Of a stretch of 64,000 nucleotides of DNA, positions 1 through 11,855 are shown piece after piece. How positions within the stretch are numbered: the stretch's first letter is position 1; every line of letters starts with the position of its first letter. Both the position numbers and the translations under genes were made by a program. Source of the DNA: Phoronis australis (taxonomy: Eukaryota > Animalia > Phoronida). The stretch spans positions 62,001 through 126,000 of the forward strand of contig NMRA01000422.1 of the NCBI GenBank assembly GCA_002633005.1. The letters are read 5' to 3'. The notes beneath the pieces are model-generated. The model saw only the letters and a program-made list of their open reading frames with translations, had not been told where the DNA came from and did no database searches.

Positions 1-1418
1 TTTTACTCATTAATACTTAAATACCATTTGGCACCATGGCAAGTTTTCTCTCTGAAGTTATTTTGGCACCAAATGGTATTCTGTCGTTCACTTTTGGCCG
101 TCTGGCCGTAACGGAAGTCGCGGAAGACCACCGGTACCTTAGTTTCCCTGTCCAAATTTAAGTTCAATTGTCAGGATATTCTAACTATATAGCAATTTTA
201 CTCATTTAGTTTTGATGTTGCATTTGTTGTTTTGTTTTTACTCCTTTTACTAGAGTTAATTACCGTAACCTAGTAAAACATACACTTAGCCCAGTCGCTA
301 TAGTCGGCCTTGTTATTCAATCATTGGCAAAATTTATTTGCCACATTTTGTTAGCAATTTCTATACAAATTGTCACTATTTTGGTTTTATGTTAAGGCCC
401 GTGTCGATTATTTCATACCAGTTTGCAGGCTGGTAACAGACATTGCTCCAGTCGCACAGCCTGCGTTCTTAAGCCTGGGTTCCTGAATGAATTTTACTTC
501 CAGTTTCGCGGTTAGTTCAAAATGGCGATTTGTTCTTCATGTCAGAATCATAGGTGGCACGTTTTTTTAAACTTTCGTCCACTACAAATTGTGTATTAGT
601 TACCGGATAGGTACTGCTTGGTGCCTTATAACTTCTTCTAACCATTCGATAAGGTTTAAAAACGTGTGCAACTGGAGTTTTAAGCAGGATAAAACAAACG
701 ACCACATGGAGTTAATTGAATGTTTCAGCACAATTATGCACTGTGCGCTGCTAACTCCATCTATTCCAGTTTGAAGCTTGTGATTTCGATTTTACCCGTA
801 ATTAGTGCTACATGGGTAGTATAATGGGGAGATAATTCTTATGTTGAGGATCAAGGAATTGACATTTTGACGGGGGGGGGGTGGTGTTACTGTAATACAT
901 TATTCGNTGCGTTGTGCGGTTATCCTCTTACGGTTATCTGCTGCTCTGTATTTCCCAAACCGCTGGATGGGTGTTCGTGAAATTTTGCAGACGTATTTTT
1001 CTCGTGGATATGACAGCATCAGCGGATTTTTGGATGGGCCCGACAACAGATGTGTCCCCTAGTGTCAATTCTAATTTTTTACGTTTGCCTCTTTATCTTT
1101 GGTTTTCCTTGACAAATTTTTATGAAATTTAGCCAATAATTATCCACTAATCAGATGTTGCCTTTTTCTTTTTGGATGGATTCGAAGTTTTCTGTGCTGC
1201 CTATTTTTACTGTTTTGGTGTCTGGTGTTTGGTGTCCTTGTCTCTGTCTGACTGACCTCTCTAAGGATCATTTTGAAAAGCGACGTGTTCTTTCTTGGAA
1301 TAGCAGTTAACAATGAATTTTGTACAGTTGGACTACTATGACACACCTGTGGCAGTTTTGTTGCTTTTCTCGTCCACGGCTGTATCAGATCTTTGCTAAA
1401 TTTTACTGGTGGACTGGT

Positions 1419-1563
1419 CAGTGGCGGATTTATAGGGGGGTCAAGCCCTAAAATTCTCCCAGATTCCATTTGGCAGTACGGGGGTACGAATGTCTGACTG
1501 GCAAAGTCCTGGCTAGTACTCTGCCCTGGCCCACTCTAACTCAAAATCCTGGATCCGCTCCTG
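1419..1563 (+). mobile_element. Short MITE (CAGTGGCGGAT...ATCCGCTCCTG), hAT-like
   Basis: Imperfect TIRs, apparent 5-bp TSD CTGGT; inverted homologous copy at about 6093-6259. Confidence 0.55.
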
Positions 1564-1639
1564 CTGGTGACTAGGAACGTGATAATGACTGGCGAATTTT
1601 GGATGGATCTGATTACCGTAATGCCCCTTGGTAATTTTA

Positions 1640-4480
1640 AAAAAACAATTTTATACATTTATTGCCCAGACAATATCACAAAGCCAGTCTGAGGTTGGGT
1701 GCCTCAGATCCAGCTTTAACAAAAGTACACACTAAACAATAAATATATGTAAAGGCAACGAAATGTGTAACTGAAGAGAAGGACTTTCACACGCCATTCA
1801 TACATACACTCATGCCCTACTTATACGGTGAAGTTATACACAATGAAAAGAAAAGAAAAGAAAAGAAAAAAATTATATATAATAATGTAGGTATGTAATT
1901 CACAAATGTATCTAATCGATATATATAATATAAAAATAAACATTATGGAAATTAAAGTATAATATATAACATCATGTAACATTGCTTGATACCTAAATGA
2001 CAATGTAAAAATAGTAATAACAGTGGAGCTCTGATTATTTGTAAAATACTAATTAAAAAGATGCGTGTGGTTCTCTTCATTTATCCACATTTTGTGTTGG
2101 AGGTGTTTCTGTTAAAATTGTGTTTATAAACGTTAACTTTGTAACTTCAGTTTAAAATCATTAAAAATGAGAGGCTTTTCTGCCTTTGTTGTCTGATAAA
2201 TGAAGTAAAGTGCAAGTGTATCAATGGTATTGCAAATTAATTTGTGATTTGGATTAGGGTATTGAACAAAATCTATAATGTCCCAAATTGTAAACATGTA
2301 CTGAGCATTGAGGGATTTATTGAAGAGTGCTTGCACTGATTCCCAGAAAGTCCTGACACAGGTGCAACAATAAAACATGAAGCAAAGTCTGCAATTCCTC
2401 ACAATAGGGGCGCTTATTGGTTTGGACTATCCCTATTTTGTATTAAGTCATATTTTGTAAATATTTGTCTGTGGGTAAGCAGGTGCTTGAAGTTCTTTAA
2501 TTCAGGATTTATAGGAAGGCTAAAGGGTAAAAAATAAATTTGTCTGATTTCTTTTTCATTACTATAATTACTTAAAGGAGCATGCCACCCAAAAAACAAC
2601 CTAATTTGTATCAATTTAGATCGAGTAGTTCTCCTCGATAGCGGCACGTACGGTTGCGTTACCTGACACCTGACGGCAGACGGAGGTGATGAAATTTTCC
2701 ACTGACGTCATCGGTTTCACACGCAGTCTGTTCAGCAGTTCACAACACGGGTAACTGGTGTCAGCTTATCGCTTGAATTCATCGTTTAACACCAATAAAT
2801 GATCAAACTTCNNNNNNNNNNNNNNNNNNNNNNNNNNNNNNNNNNNNNNNNNNNNNNNNNNNNNNNNNNNNNNNNNNNNNNNNNNNNNNNNNNNNNNNNN
2901 NNNNNNNNNNNNNNNNNNNNNNNNNNNNNNNNNNNNNNNNNNNNNNNNNNNNNNNNNNNNNNNNNNNNNNNNNNNNNNNNNNNNNNNNNNNNNNNNNNNN
3001 NNNNNNNNNNNNNNNNNNNNNNNNNNNNNNNNNNNNNNNNNNNNNNNNNNNNNNNNNNNNNNNNNNNNNNNNNNNNNNNNNNNNNNNNNNNNNNNNNNNN
3101 NNNNNNNNNNNNNNNNNNNNNNNNNNNNNNNNNNNNNNNNNNNNNNNNNNNNNNNNNNNNNNNNNNNNNNNNNNNNNNNNNNNNNNNNNNNNNNNNNNNN
3201 NNNNNNNNNNNNNNNNNNNNNNNNNNNNNNNNNNNNNNNNNNNNNNNNNNNNNNNNNNNNNNNNNNNNNNNNNNNNNNNNNNNNNNNNNNNNNNNNNNNN
3301 NNNNNNNNNNNNNNNNNNNNNNNNNNNNNNNNNNNNNNNNNNNNNNNNNNNNNNNNNNNNNNNNNNNNNNNNNNNNNNNNNNNNNNNNNNNNNNNNNNNN
3401 NNNNNNNNNNNNNNNNNNNNNNNNNNNNNNNNNNNNNNNNNNNNNNNNNNNNNNNNNNNNNNNNNNNNNNNNNNNNNNNNNNNNNNNNNNNNNNNNNNNN
3501 NNNNNNNNNNNNNNNNNNNNNNNNNNNNNNNNNNNNNNNNNNNNNNNNNNNNNNNNNNNNNNNNNNNNNNNNNNNNNNNNNNNNNNNNNNNNNNNNNNNN
3601 NNNNNNNNNNNNNNNNNNNNNNNNNNNNNNNNNNNNNNNNNNNGAAGCATTTCGGGCTCTCGAGGAAATCGAAAAACCGATGTACCCGCTTTCCTCGCCG
3701 CTTCATAGTTCGAACAGGCAGGAACGACACACCACACCATGGCGGAATTCACTCTGCATACGAACCACTGACGTCGCTGCGGACTTTCTCACCTTCCTCA
3801 CAGGCTAACGCGACACCTCTCGGCAAGGTAGGGTCGACCGTGTACGAGCCGATGTGGCCCCAGACCGATTAAGACGGTAAAAAAGACTAATTAAATCGGG
3901 TGGCATTAGCCTTTAACTATACGTAATTGTCGGGTTTCTGTGTGAAAGTATGTATAGTACAATTTTTAACCCAATTCTTGAGATTGTAGAAAATCTTTGC
4001 AAAAATAACAGTCCCGCTTCAAACATTTTCCGGGAAATTACTGATTCATTGGTAAATAAAATGTTTTGATTATTCCACAAGACCTGTTTGTTACGGTAAT
4101 AGGAATATTCATAAAAACTTCTATATTCAAAGGCTCTAAGCTTTTAAACACATCAGTATAAAAGGAATTGTTAATTGATATTTTCAAATTTCTTAAACGG
4201 AACTTTGAAAAGAAAATAAGGACACCACCCAATTTAGTGAAAAGAGACTTAGGATAAAATTTACAACTACCATTTCCTCCTGAATTTTGACGTTTTACAC
4301 TACTGAATATGAGACTATTTTTAATTACTTCCTCATTATAATATTTTAACCCTCCTTCTTCATACAAAAGTACAGTGACGGATTTCTTTATTTTTGGTGG
4401 TTTTCCACACCAAATAAAATCTCTAATTATTTCATTAATTTCTATAATCCTACTTTTTGTAGCTTCAGTACTGGCTTGGT
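1640..4480 (-). mobile_element. Degenerate 5'-truncated L1/Tx1-like LINE (ORF2 C-terminus and 3' UTR)
   Basis: ORF pieces 4038-4367 (EEGGLKYYN), 2414-2570 (IYFLPF...LKNFKHLLTHR) and 2133-2402 (frameshifted zf-RVT-like ...PYCEELQTLLH / CVRTFWESV); minus-strand AATAAA near 1660; boundaries approximate. Confidence 0.7.
2576..3912 (-). mobile_element. Kolobok-like DNA transposon with THAP-domain ORF, mostly inside an assembly gap
   Basis: TTAA duplications at 2572-2575 and 3913-3916; TIRs AGG(AGC/CTA)ATGCCACCC; ORF begins MVWCVVPACSN...SVFRFP, a THAP N-terminal signature. Confidence 0.75.
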
Positions 4481-5029
4481 GTTAGTTTCACTTTTTTAGG
4501 TTTTCCTTTGTATCTTGTGAGTTCCTTGACTAATTTTTCCTTGAATATTAGAGAATGCTTTGAGGTCACTAGGCTCTAGACCCTTTTTGGTGCCTGTCCT
4601 TGTAATAAAAATGTGTTTTTGATTGACATTAAGTTACCAGTGGTTTATTGTTCTAAATATAGCTTATCCCTCTTCTGTTGTCTCCCTTGACAAATCGTTT
4701 GTCATGTTCACTTGTTCCAACTGAAATTTGGAAATGGACAATCATTTTGGCTGCTGTCCAACATTGAAATAGGTTAGGTTTGCTAATGATTGTCTTCATG
4801 CAATTTGACTTGGTGCCAAGTCTTGTGACAAATGTAAATTTGTGACAAATATAAACAGTGTCAGTGTCTAGTCTCTTATATATAGGTGTAATACAATAAT
4901 CTGTTCACCTGACAGTAAAGTTATGTCTACAATCTGCATTGGTGATTCAATTAACATTTTAAATGTGAGTTAGTATTGTGTTTGCTTGAAGTATCAAGAT
5001 TTTTAAATCTCGTTTGTGGGTGTTTTTCT

Positions 5030-5980
5030 GTATTTCTGTTCAGGTATCTTCCAGTTTATTTGTTGAATCAATTGTGTCCAAAATAGTAGGTAAATTTCAT
5101 TCAAGTTTTCTACACAATTTTCTTTTTGCCTTGGATGGATGATCATGAAAGTCTGTATCATGTGGCGACACGACGGAATTTTTGGAAGGATCCGACTACC
5201 GCCATGTCGTTTCGTGACAGTTTTAGTTTTTTACATTTTTCTCTGTAGCTTCGAAGTTTTGTGATGATTTTTTGATGGAAGTTGGTAAATAGGCCCTGTT
5301 AAAGAGACGACACCTATCCCTTTTTTGGATGGATTTCTTGTAGGGTACATCACTTAATGGCCATTTTTATTACTTTTTAGGAAAATTTGGGTTACATGTG
5401 TACCTATTGGGAAGAGTACGGCTAATGAGGCTTTTCTGACAACTTCAATGACTGGCACCCCCCAGTGTTTTCCACTTTAAGCAGCTGTTTCCCCTAAACG
5501 TCAGTTGAGGGATCTTTGTGATGTATATTAAACCATTCTAAGAATTATTTTGAAAAATGAATCTTCTGAGAAGTACATGACTGGCGATTTATTGGACACG
5601 TCTGGTTGTTGTGGTGTCCTCTTGTGCCAACTTTGTTCTTTTGCCTGTGGGCTGTGGCTCAATATCTACCAAGTGCCTTGATGGATTTTTATGAAATTTG
5701 TATTTTTAGGTGTATACAACTTTAACTGGATTTAAGACCATTAGTAGCAATTTTGTTTGTCTGTGTGACTGTTTGCTTTGATATATTCCATGTTTGTTGA
5801 TGGATGCTCATGAAATCTGGCAAGCACCTGCCCTGTTTCAGATGGATTTGACCGAGACGTTGCACCCCATTGTGGCCTTTTTATTGTTCTTCTATCTGTT
5901 GTTGTTTACCCTGGCGTATCCTCCAAACTGCTTGAATAATCGGGATGAAAGGTTGGAGGTATGCTCCTATTGAGGAGTCA
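5030..5980 (+). mobile_element. Degenerate HINE (Helentron-derived) fragment; related fragment at about 910-1200
   Basis: Reverse-complement similarity to the internal units of the 35732-44308 copies (gatggatttt..atgaaatttg, gtggccatttt). Confidence 0.5.
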
Positions 5981-6092
5981 GCATTGCGGGCTTGATTTTC
6001 TCCCCAAGAGGCTATTTTCAGATTATTTCCCCAGCAGTGCTCCTTTTAGTGTAAATATTTAAAATAATGATCATCCCTTGTATGTGCCATGT

Positions 6093-6259
6093 GCAGGGAC
6101 GGATCTGAGTTAGGGGGAGGGGCAAGGCAGAGTATTTGTCAGGATTTTGCCCCTCGGACATTCGCACCCCTAAACTGCCAAATGGAATGTGGGAGAATTT
6201 TAGGGAGGGGGTCATAGCCCCCTTGCCTGTCCCTCCTCCCCCCTTAAAGCCCCCACTGA
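6093..6259 (-). mobile_element. Second, inverted copy of the short MITE
   Basis: Reverse-complement similarity to 1419-1563 (gccaaatggaatgtgggagaattttaggg). Confidence 0.55.
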
Positions 6260-9155
6260 TATATGCATATGGTGCACACAGTGGGCATAATTCAACACTT
6301 TGCTCTAGACTTGTTGAATTGCCCACCCTGCAAGTGTAGTGCATGTCCTTTTTGGATTAAATTCTTGTCAATAATTCTCATATTGGTATAAATGACATGT
6401 GTCAAATGATGATTTCTGGTGTTGATACTTGTGGACCATTCTCAGTCCACATTGGGTGTATTTTACACATTACTAGTTGACTATCAGGTCATATAAAATA
6501 TGTATGTATGCCATTATGTTTTGTGGTGTGTGCCTCTTAGTTTAACTTGGTCAGGTTTGAGATTTCAACACCTCGGTTTCAGTTTCAGTTTCAGTTTCAT
6601 TTGCAAAGGCCAGTGATGCACAATGGCCTATTGGCCATGTGGTACTTTCCATACACAACTCCATAAATTATTTGCAGAATACACAGCTCCATATTTTATT
6701 TGAAAAGGTCAGCATGAAGAATGGCTTGGTGGTCACAGGATACAAGTTCTTAGATTATTTTACTACTGTTTAAGAATATACATTTAAACTTACTGCTGCC
6801 ATATTTAAAGTTTGGGTTTTCCACATGCTCACGGGCTTCATAAACTTCAGGTTTCTGATTGGTCAAACTCCTATCACGTGATCAAAAGCTAGGTGGTGTG
6901 ACTATTTTAGAATTCAGTCTGGTGTTTTGATATTGTCGACTGGATTGTACTCTTCCATTGTTGATGAGGTTTTTCTGGTCAGGATTGTACGTTATTATTC
7001 TTAATTTATTTCGCTCAAAGTTGTCAAAATTATCATTTTTTCTGGTTTTCAAAAGTTGGTTATATTGTTGCAATTCATCAAAGTTTGAACCTCATGACAT
7101 CAACACAATACAAAAGATGCTAGTGATAGACTAAAATTTTATTTTTCTTTATTTTTCTTTATTTTTTGTTGATACATTTGACAAAATAATTTGTACTTGT
7201 CTGCCATGTTGTGTGCTACATTGGTGAAGACTCAGCCTTGTCCGTCAGTGCCCCAGTTTTTGTACTGGTGTTTGAATAGTTGTGTTCGAAAGAGAACAAC
7301 TTCTGTCATCCGCCATGTTTGTTCATCGCCAACGCTTTTGTAAGGCAACTACTGAAAGAATGTAATCATGAACCGTGGCTTAGCAAATTTTAGAAATGAC
7401 GCTTGTTAGGTTTAGGTGGAATATTACATCAAATTGTACTTGTGGAAACTAACAGTTCTGTGATTTCAGAAGATTTGACACGGTAAATTATGGTACAGTC
7501 TCTCCAATATAGCCCTAGAGTGAGATTTTATTTTTTCGCTTTTTCATAAAATATAATTTCCACAAAATAAATGCTTTTACATTCATAGATTTATACCATA
7601 GTTGGTTCTGAGAAATTGGTGAAATGTTGCTGTGAGTATTGAATGAATTTCTGCCTGTTTGAAATACAGTCAGAAATAACTGAATGGGTTGTGCTGCTAG
7701 TCGTGTGCACACTTGTGTAGTTGCTGCACATTTATTTCTTGACCGACATTTGATACTTGTAAAACATGACAGTAAAACAACAATTGACTGTACAAGTTAG
7801 TTCATAATTGTAAGTTAAGTAATTGAAAACTGCTTTCATTTCTCCATGGCAACATTTTTGCAGGGGTTTCATCTAGAAGCTAATGTTTCCTACAGCTCTT
7901 GAGAACTCCTCGGTATTCACGTTTTTCCCCAGAACGGATAAATTTTCAATCTTGCTGTTGGTACAGTTTTAAGCTGGCTTTTCGAAGGTTGCGTTTGGTG
8001 TTTTATTTAGTGTAATTCGCTTAAGTATTAAGAAGATAAAAAGATTAAGCATACTGATTCAAGATACAGCCAAAAGTGAGATCCCATAAAATAACCATGA
8101 CTTCCAAATTTCCTATGTTGTCCTAAGGCCAAACAAAAGTGCAAAACATGGCCGCTGTTCAAATGGGAATTTTTTTAATTGAAAACAAAGGTCCATGATG
8201 TATTGTAAGCACTTAGTTGGGATTTGTTGTAAGGTATGCTCTTGGTGACTTCTGTCTTCCCTAGACATAAGTGCTAACGTGGCTCTAATTGCTTTTCCCT
8301 TGTTGCTGAAATGGTATTCAGAAACATGAAGGCTTTGGATTTAAGCACTTGTATGTTTTCTTTTTGCATAACGCTAGGACCTCATTAAAAGCAAGACTTC
8401 GCGAGTTTACATGAGATATTGTCGTGTATTTTACCTGAGAACACGTGATTTTGGCTAGATTTCTCTCTAGTTGCGAGGCAGCTACTGAACTCTAACTCTA
8501 TCCATGTTTGCGTGTGTGTTACAGCTTGCCTTGGTGATTATTGGGTTGTCATATTCCCTATTTGGAAATAACTGTGATTAACACCTTGTTTGTCTAGCTG
8601 GCTACTTTCCAACTCATTGGGTCAACTTAAGAATCTGACCTGGTTGTGTGACAATTTAGGGTTAGTGCACTGACAGCAGACAGCATTGTTTGGCTAAGAC
8701 TGTGCCAGATAATTTGTCTGGCTGGCCATGTTCCAGTGTTTACTCCTGACCACCAGGAAGTGAGTCTGAAAAAGAATATGGGTGTAACATCTGGGTCGTT
8801 GCCCTTGGCCACCAGGTTTGGGCAAAATTGTCTTACATTGGCTGTCTTCCAATTTTAAGTCATGATAATATACAAATAAGCATGTGTTAGTACCGTCACA
8901 TTGCGTGATTGTGTTTGTTTGTTGTGATTATGATTGCCTGTCAGACTTGACTTTCCACCATTGTTGAAATAGTTTGAATTGCCAGAGAGAGCTCTGTCTC
9001 TGTTTTATTCAACGAGTGAACCAACCACGGAATGTGTTTGGGCTATTTCCAAATCGAGAAAAAATTCAAGCCTCCTTCATCGGAGCCTAAGTCCCATCCA
9101 TGCACAACCTACCCAGCTAAAACAACTTGCACTAGCGCAACTTACCCAACTCTTA

Positions 9156-9482
9156 AGTGGAGTGTCCACACACACATATCCGATAACTAGGGTAACACAC
9201 ATGTCAATAAACACCTAATGTGAATACGGTGCTCAAAAGACCCGTCTGGGTTTTAAAGGCAGCTTATAATTACTTCCACCCTACCCCACTTTTCGTCGTG
9301 ACCACACAGCGATTACAAGTTATCCTAGAACAAGTTACCCCACCTCTGTAAGGTAGAGTAAGTTGTCACAAGTGGGGTAAGTTTCGGTAGTTTAAATAGC
9401 ATTCAGACAGCAGTCAAACCTAGCGACGTCTCGTTCTAGGGGTTAAGTGTTCTAGTGTAAATCTGTGTGTGGACAGCACTTT
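9156..9482. mobile_element. Degenerate MITE with gtccacac...gtgtggac ends
   Basis: Imperfect terminal inverted repeats only. Confidence 0.35.
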
Positions 9483-11279
9483 AGTTTGAGCTTGGCTAGA
9501 GCTTTGCAGTCCGGGTGGGGGAGCAACATGACAGGAGGCCACAGTGGCTTAGGTGTGTCATGGACAGAGCGTCATTAAAGCTACGCTATCTGTTTTGATT
9601 TACGTCACTTAGGAATTGCACGCCTTGTACCTTACTTGGTATAGAATGATCCCTGGGCTTGTTACACCAAACTCACCAGAAATCTGGTCTGAAGAAACGA
9701 TGAACTGTTGCTTCTTTTTAAGTCCATAAATCACCGTTATTGTTATTTATTAACTATTTGAGACCAATTAATGTCTAAGGCAAAGAAAATACAGCTTAAA
9801 GCTGCACCTTGGGATGACCTGAGCGCTGTGTAACCTCAGTGCATAAAATAGATTTAATTGATTTATTTATAGTTTTTTCATGACAGATCTTAAAAGCTGC
9901 TTGGTCAGCTAACCCTGGGCTGTTAAATGTTAAGTTTAAATACGTTTGTAAACTTATTTCAAAAAGAAACTAAAAAGTTATATTTGTGAATGAACGTGTA
10001 TATAATGTTCCAAATTGTCAACTAAGTCTAAATGAATACCAATCAATGGAAAATTTTGAGGTCACTGTTTGGAGAGCTGGAAAACTAAAAATTGAAATTC
10101 TGTTTGGTGAACGAATCTCCAGCTAAAGACACAGCCTGTCAAAACTAAAGCCACATTTTGTCTTCCAACTGGACCCTGTACTGATGTGAACACTACGAAA
10201 AAAGTTCTAAAGTTGCATCAAGCTTTTGAGATTTTATCTTGAACATGATTTATAGCAAAAGAGGTGTTGTTTAATTGGTACCATTATTTTGCTGTGAATG
10301 TTCTTTTGTTTATGTTCTATTTTACTGACAGGATGTTGTCACCTGATTCAGTTAATTGCGGATTGGTATAAAGTCAAAAATCCACAAGCTTCACTCTTTC
10401 AGAAGATATCCATTTTTACTGTTTCGACTGGTACATTTTTTAGAGGTTTTGCTTTTAATGGCGTAGTCCTGCCGGTGAGGTCTCACATAACCCTTAAGTA
10501 ACTGGGCCTAAACTTTTCCATAATCCGCATTTCTGATATCATTCAACAATGTGCTCTGATTTTTGCTAAGGGTACATTGTTGGCACCTTGCCTTTTTGTA
10601 CACATGCCCTTCTTAACTGAAGTCACATGTTCATCTAGTACAACATCATTTGCTCGATCAATGAGACCTGGAATTCCATTCATGGATTTATTTGTTGGCA
10701 GCTTGCCATGAACATTCAATATGTCTCGTGATTATTGTCTGGCCTATGTGCAGTTATAAGTTATTGTATTCGCTTCCTGTCTTTAGTCTGAGATTGGTTA
10801 CAGAGCTAAACGCTCCGCTCCTCGTGTACCTTAGCCTGTAAGTTATTTTTATGTCTTCAATTTCATTTACAATGATTACGCTTGTAAGTGGTGATTTTGG
10901 ATCCATTTTCTGTTGGTATTGTTTCATTTATTAGTTGGATTTTTCATTGTTTGAAATTTATCAGCTCGTTCTCAAAAAAAACCTAAGGAACCAATGTGAT
11001 ATGCTTCCTAGTCAAAACCCAAAGTATTTTGTTCAGATTTGGCATTGCCCAAATCAAAATCTTCAATTCCCATGTATGTTTTTTTTATTAATTGTGAATT
11101 ATAATTATTTAGTAATAAAATTTAGTTGTGTGCATCCAACATGTTGATTTACAGTGAATTCATGAACATTTTGTGAAAGACTGTCAAGTTTTGTCATGCC
11201 TGTCTGATCAATTTCCTGACTTGATTGTACTGGAACAGGTGTGTAATTTAAAGTGTCGAAGCTTGAACAAATGGACACT

Positions 11280-11855
11280 TGAAGAACGTTCATCGTCTGG
11301 TGTTTCATAGCAAAATTTAGCAAAAAAAGTAAGGTCCGTCATTGGCAAAATCACAGTAGTAACAACATGAACAAATTAGGATAAAAGTATCAATTAAGAT
11401 AAAATTTATTAATACTGTTACAGTTTTCTAAATTATCATTTCGTTTTCATTTTATGCAACTTCTGTATTTTTTGATGAAAATTGTAAAAATCGACTTTTG
11501 ATTGACTCTCATACAAAAAAGGAACATTTTCAAAACAATCTCCTTAGTGTTTTGTAGACTAGTGTATGTAACGGGATAGTATCTGAAAGTTTCTTATGAA
11601 TCTGATCACCCATCTCTGAGATACGTACAATGTTTCCTTTGAATCTGATCACCCATCTCTGAGATACGCACAATGTTTCCTTTGAATCTGATCACCCATT
11701 TCTGAGATACGCACAATGTTTCCTTTGAATCTGATCACCCATCTCTGAGATACGTACAATGTTTCCTATGAATCTGATCACCCGTCTCTGAGATACGTAC
11801 AATGTTTTGCAGTTGGCCAAGTTTGGACATTTTTCGGTCCTACATGTGGTAATTT
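11280..11855. repeat. Dispersed repeat; inverted homolog at about 50610-51050
   Basis: Shared reverse-complement blocks (ttggccaa, tctgagata, tgaaagttt, ttatgcaact). Confidence 0.6.
11597..11808. repeat. 43-bp minisatellite, about 5 copies
   Basis: Unit tgaatctgatcacccatctctgagatacgtacaatgtttcctt starting at 11597, 11640, 11683, 11726, 11769. Confidence 0.95.

Noticed and set aside
20-80. Short inverted repeat aataccatttggcacca / tggcaccaaatggtatt
   Set aside because: At the window edge with no context; probably part of a truncated repeat
2766-3872. Long ORFs of 314-357 aa (also ORFs across 36108-36731)
   Set aside because: Their length comes from N-runs; only the short THAP-like start is informative
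11597-11808. CRISPR-like appearance of short regular repeats (also 29366-29543 and 41112-41715)
   Set aside because: Units are contiguous with no unique spacers, there are no cas genes, and the context is eukaryotic
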